Source: Octopus sinensis
Lineage: Eukaryota
DNA length: 64,000 nucleotides
Reading direction: 5' to 3'
NCBI RefSeq assembly: GCF_006345805.1
Contig: NC_043001.1
Coordinates: 60,388,001-60,452,000 of the forward strand
Made by a program: the position numbers and the translations under genes. Within the stretch, counting starts at the first letter, position 1, and each line of letters starts with the position of its first letter. The notes beneath the pieces are model-generated. The model made no database searches and was not told the DNA's origin. It saw nothing but the letters and a program-made list of their open reading frames with translations. This document shows, in pieces, positions 58,269 through 64,000 of this stretch.

Positions 58269-58824
58269 TGAGAGGAATTGAATGATGGGTATTTGAATTC
58301 CTTTCAACGATTGAACTGAAATTGATCCCTGGCTATTAAAGGCCCAACCACACACTCACACACAGGTACATTGGTTTTAGGTCTTCTACCCATTTGAAAT
58401 CAGCCATACACCAGATAACATGTTAAGTCTTATGTTCCGAAATTTAAATTTTGAATGTGTTTTCATTATAATACACCTCAGATAAAATATATCTTTTGGC
58501 TTTCGAATACAACCTTTTCTTTCTCTTTCTATATATTTTGTTAAGTTACAATTTCTATGTTTTGGTCAGGTTTTTTTCAATATCTTTTATCTTGTATGAA
58601 GTAATGGAAGAACCATTTAAAAGAAATGTTAAATTCATAGTGCCGAACAAAATCAAGAATATTTTCCGGCATAGTATGAGAGTGATTTGGCTGTTATTTC
58701 TAGAAAATTGAACAACCACATATAGTTGTTCAACTGGCTCATTTGCTGATGTGTATAAGTAAATAACTAAAAGATGCACACACACACAACACACACACGC
58801 ATAAAAATATCAATCAATTCACCC

Positions 58825-59790
58825 ACATTGATGATTTAAAGCTATTAGCAAAAAATGACCAGCAACCCAAGGGCTTACTAGCTATTGTTAATCAATTCAG
58901 TGATGACATCAGGATGCAATTGGCCTCCATAAATGTGCAAAATCTACCTTTATCAAAGGAAAATTAACGGAAACATCTAACGTTAACCCTAACCAACAGA
59001 ATGTCATAAGGGAATATCATTAACAGGTTAGTTACTGAAATATGTAATCTTGACAGAAAAATAAGAAAACCGTTAACAATGCATAGAATTCACCAGGCTA
59101 GGGCATATATAGAACGACTTTATTTTCCAAGAAAAGAGGGATTCCGTGGATTTTACAGTTGGCATTAACTATAAAGATTGCCACAATTGGCCTAGACACC
59201 TACCTCAAAAACTTTGAGGACTGGGTATTAAAGCATGTCTCAAAACATGAAAACAAGAAAGCATCATACTCAGTAACAGAGCAGGCAAAGGAATATATAA
59301 GTGAATACCGAATACAACAAATTCCAGAATTAGACTACTAGAATCAAGCGCAGAAAAAGCTAAGCGCATGAAAACCCGTGATAAAAGTGCTGCCTTAGAT
59401 ATTCTGACTAATAAATGGCAAGAAAAAACCTCTCAACGTCAAATACCCAAAGAGAGCTAATAATGCCGATGTTGACAAAGCCCTTACTCATCAATGGCTA
59501 ATGGCTTCTGGCTTAAAATCAGAAACAGACGGGTTTATCATAGCAGCCCAAGATGAAGGAACTACAAGGACAACATATTAAAGAACGGCAGCTCCCAATA
59601 TTTGTTGACACATAAAAATGAAACCATTGATCATGTTGTCTCCATGTGCAGTCTTCTTGCACCTGCAGCGTATCTCAAAGGGCATGATAGTGTTGCACAA
59701 TATATTCACTGGGTAAGTTGCAAAAGCCTGGACCTGCGCCATGATAAAAACAGGTGGGAACACAAATCAGCTCCAGTGCTTGAAAATGTA
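58825..59790 (+). mobile_element. R4/Dong family fragment (RT C-terminus to CCHC)
   Basis: Aligns with 18003-19176 with an internal deletion; KIATIGLDTYLK and NETIDHVVSMCSLLAP. Confidence 0.9.
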
Positions 59791-60975
59791 AGTCACAAAA
59801 AACTTTATATATCTTCAACTCAAGTACTCTTTCGAGTCGATGATAGTATCATATGTTTCCAGCTCCAAATCTCCATTTCTAGCAACGTTTCCAGTATGAA
59901 TCTTTTACAGCCTGGTTGTGCCTCAAGTTCTTATATTCTTTCTGTGCCAATTTGGGAAATTTTGTTACAATTTGTGCCAATGTCTCCTTCCAAGTTCCAA
60001 AGGTTCTACATTTTTCTGACATATTCTATCCATATATATCTTTCTCGATTTGTTTTTACCTTTTTATCTTGGGATGCTACAATTAGGTTCTCTCCATTTT
60101 TATTTGCCCCACGATTTTCTTTTACATACGTCTTCAGAGGCTCACTTAAATTGTCCATGCAGAAGTTTCTCTTCGATCTGTCTGACGTGTTCTTTTTGTA
60201 TTTCCTTCATGTCATTTTCTTCTATTACGCGTGTCATCAACTGTTCTTTATTTACTGTCTTTAGTAGTTTTTCTTTGCTGCTTTGTAAATACTCTTCTAG
60301 ATATTGTCTCTACATCTGTACACATTCTTTTTCTGCTATTAAGCCTTTTCCACCCTGGTCTCTGTTCAAGTAGAGCCGGTTGAAATCAGCTTTCGGATGA
60401 TACTCGCTATACATCGTCTGTTTTTTTTTAAATTTTTGCCAAGCTTCTTTATACCATTTTTGGTCCATTCCATAATTCCAAATCCATATCTGATTAAAGG
60501 TACTACTCTTGAATTTATTGCTTTAATAAGAGTTTGGAATTCTGCTTTCACTGCAATAATTTTGTGTACTTCCTACTGGTAATTTGTTTCATTTCTTCAT
60601 TTTTTATTTCATCTGCTTCCAGTATTCCCAAGTACTTATACAACTTTCCTTTCTCAACTGCTCTCATTGTTTGCTCATTTGGGATTTCAGTTCTCTGGCT
60701 TCTTTCAAATCTTCCTCGTCACATTTTCAATGCAGCACACATTTCTATCCAAAATTCCATACCTATATCACTTGAGAAGTGTACAAGGTTTTTAAGCTGT
60801 TTCTCATTTTTCACATAAACCTTTATGTCATGAAGGAAAAGGAGACAATTTATGTGACAATTCCATTTCCCAAATCGTGAGCAATTTTATGCTTTCGTAG
60901 TATCATAGTGAGCGGTATCAAGGTCAATACGAATAGAAATGGAGATAAGCTATTACCTTCGAATAATCCAAGTCT
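59790..60975 (-). mobile_element. Degraded R4/Dong-type LINE of another subfamily
   Basis: Minus-strand GIIRR..LSPFLFVLTLIPL, GMEFWI..CA, YKYLGILEADEIK and LIKAINSRVVPLIRYGFG..W. Confidence 0.75.
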
Positions 60976-61323
60976 GTGATCTCTGGCAAGAGTAGTGGAG
61001 AAGCCTCACAGACATGTATTGTGTCGAATTTTGGGTGTTTGAATATTTCACCCCAGGAAACATGGGTGTTCATCAACCTTAAATAACTCTTATTCACAGA
61101 CCTTTTCAGCGAGATGGGCTACTCGACCAGGTTAAAATTCTAACTGGATCCCATCTATAACGCCTTGCTGTGTTTATCATGATGTGAGGTAATTATGTCG
61201 TTAACAAGTGGTTGTAATACATGTGCCTGGTGTAACCTTGTCGGACGATGTGTCATTATGAATATTTTGGGCTCGTACATTTGTACATCAGTGCCACTTG
61301 GTAGCATGCTCTGCTCCCTCAGT

Positions 61324-61525
<202 letters not shown>

Positions 61526-61984
61526 TTTTAAAAGTTTTCACGTAACTCCTCACAATACAAAGAGCGCCCTGTCTCTGTCGAGTTCAAAATGAAAAGTGAT
61601 ACATAGAAATTCAAAATTATAGAAATTCAAATCTAACATTTGAACGAGGCAACTAGCATATACACGTTGATGGAATGACATCATCTGTCTTCAATTTTCA
61701 AGTTTACAACTGGCAGAAAGAAGGAAAAAAGAAATGACAGGAGAATTTCATCATATTTACCCAAAACTATTGGATTAAATATTTAGTCCACGAGCCACGT
61801 CAGCTAGCGGAGAGTAAAAATTGTGATATCTGTTTTAGCTCTGTAGCATTGTTTTTTCTTTGCAGGTTTGTGAAATTTCACCAATACTCATACTGATGTA
61901 CTTCTGCGCATGATGACTACAACACATGTGACATCGTTCACACATCTAACAGTAATTACAATGACCAGAACAATCTCCTCGTAT

Positions 61985-62978
61985 ACCCAGACAGTCTTCC
62001 CATGGATGATCCTGTCAAAAATACCACACACAGGATCGGGAGCTGCGGGAAATAGTTTGGTTAGTTAGATGGCAAGATGCTAGAGGTGATGTGGTCGCAG
62101 AAATTGTCTGACAGCCACGACTGCGTTCTCTTGCTTGTGTGACATGGTGCAGAGGCCTATTGCCAGACATAACGTCTTCCAGCAGCCACCCTCTTGACCT
62201 ACACACGATACAGGCTTCTGTGTTGTATCTGAGGCAAATTGGAAAGATGAACAGTGACATAACGTCGCCATCACTAGTGGTCCCTCTAAACAGACTGATG
62301 TTGACTGGATGTTTGATATTTATCACTCTCGAAACATGTTTTGCCGACACGGCAAGTCACCAAATTTTCTTAGCAGAAATCTTTCTCGTCTGAGAAAAAA
62401 ACCAAAGTATGTTCGGTTGGAGAGGACTCTAGAGTTCGTTTGAAATCTGCTTGGTCTGGTCTTACCTCTTGTACTTGATGGCTTGGGATACAAATTGGTC
62501 CTTTGCCATCTTGTATAAGGAACACGGAATGTTTTCATGCACTACGCGCTTAATAGGAAACTCAGACACTCCCATGTCCCTGGTAATGGACCTGAATGAA
62601 GTGGAGGGATCATTGTCAATCATAGCCTGGTTCTCACCAACAAATTCAGGCGTTCTTTTCTTATCAGAACGAACAGAGTGAGTTTTCCGAGCTGCCGTAT
62701 CTTCGTAATCACCATTAGACTCAGCGAACTCTTTCTGAATTCTCTGCATTATCGTCAGATTGAGATACAACACACCGAAATGTTCTGGCGCGAATGCTAA
62801 AAAGTATAGCATGTTGTTTTCGAATTTCTGGCAGAGTCAATTGCATCATGGAGTTGTTTTTCTCACAGACGGTGCCGAACTGATCGTGCTATACTAAGTA
62901 GTCGACGAAGTCAAAAACAAAGCGTATACGCGAAATTAAAAGTATAAAAGAGTGACCATTTACACCTCGTACCCTGTA
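61985..62978 (-). mobile_element. Decayed Tc1/mariner-superfamily transposon (maT/DD37D-like), 3'-truncated
   Basis: Starts TA-CAGGGT on the minus strand; HTH-like RTPEFV..MIDNDPSTSFRSITRDMGVSE, then FFSDEKDF and SDGDVMSLFIFP. Confidence 0.75.
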
Positions 62979-63468
62979 CATATATATATATATACACACA
63001 TATATGCTTCTTCTCCTCTCCTTAATTCCTTTGTTCCTATTTTTCTCCCTTTTCTCTTCTGACGTGACCTATTGGCCGACTGCTAGCCCTTCTGCGTCTG
63101 ACCATGGTCACCGCTACATCTATATCCTTCCCTCTGCCGTAAGGCTTCATTTCCACACACGCCAGCTGAATCCAATTCGTCCCAGTTGAAAGACGCCTGT
63201 TATTATACCCTGTTATTATTATTATTGTTATCATTATTGTATTTTTGTATTTATATTCGTGTAACATCGTCTGTTTATTCGTCCTTGTTTTCGCATACTT
63301 TCGATACTTTTTTCCCAATGAATCTAATGCTCTTAGCTTCGTTTTCCTTGGGGCTGTCCAGATTGGAGCAATCTCAAGATTAATCAGCCGAAATTGCGAG
63401 AATGATCCGGTTTTTGACTAAAGATAAAAGGTTTCGAATGACCCGTCCTTGTTTTTTTATATCGTTTA

Positions 63469-63582
<114 letters not shown>

Positions 63583-64000
63583 GCCTATATATCAATAATG
63601 TGCCTGACTTATTAGCAATTTAACAACCTGAATTTGCACACACAAAAAAGGGATAAATTCACGAAAGGAATGAAAATTAAAAACATTTACCATCTCAACT
63701 ATATCCCAGACCGACGGTTTCTAACTATTTCCAGCAAAAAAATATTTGCTGAAGGCAAGTTTCTTCAGTGGGACAGCCTTAATAATCCTGACGTACAGAC
63801 TGCTAGATCCACATGTAGATCTAACGGTTTGTAAATCCTAACTTTTCAAACCTCTGCGCAGACGCAAATTATACCCGGCGACAGAGAAGATGCCGGTAAA
63901 AATTTCGAACAAATTTATCAAACAATATTTAAACATAATAAAATAGGGTAGTAATAAATTATTACCAGTGGCCTAGCACAAAAAACGAATTAGTCATTAG

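Noticed and set aside
59602-60264. 220-aa ORF with hydrophobic C-terminus
   Set aside because: Chimera of an R4/Dong fragment reading into the antisense strand of another LINE.
61845-61920. Strong plus-strand splice acceptor (ttgttttttctttgcag); similar ones near 31430, 34714 and 42910
   Set aside because: Followed by early stops or no matching donor; no coherent coding exon.

Overview
AT-rich, microsatellite-saturated animal genomic DNA. Its repeat repertoire (tRNA-derived SINE, R4/Dong and RTE LINEs, huge TA/TAA tracts) suggests an octopod cephalopod; this is an inference. No host gene can be called with confidence, only weak minus-strand exon candidates. The window is a patchwork of mobile elements: a near-intact RTE LINE, one near-full-length and several decayed R4/Dong LINEs, two Penelope-like retroelements (PLEs), three Tc1/mariner fossils, a MITE, a Helitron Rep/helicase remnant, two putative non-autonomous Helitrons, a CR1/L2-like fragment and SINEs. 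The most striking signal, absent from the ORF track, is a set of about ten minimal type-I hammerhead-ribozyme (HHR) motifs from about seven unrelated sequence families. Most have short palindromic stem III. Several sit in short protein-free cassettes docked at (TA)n tracts or in inverted pairs, and two families have non-canonical cores (CUGUNGA; UUGAAAA). All motif calls were made by eye; activity is untested.
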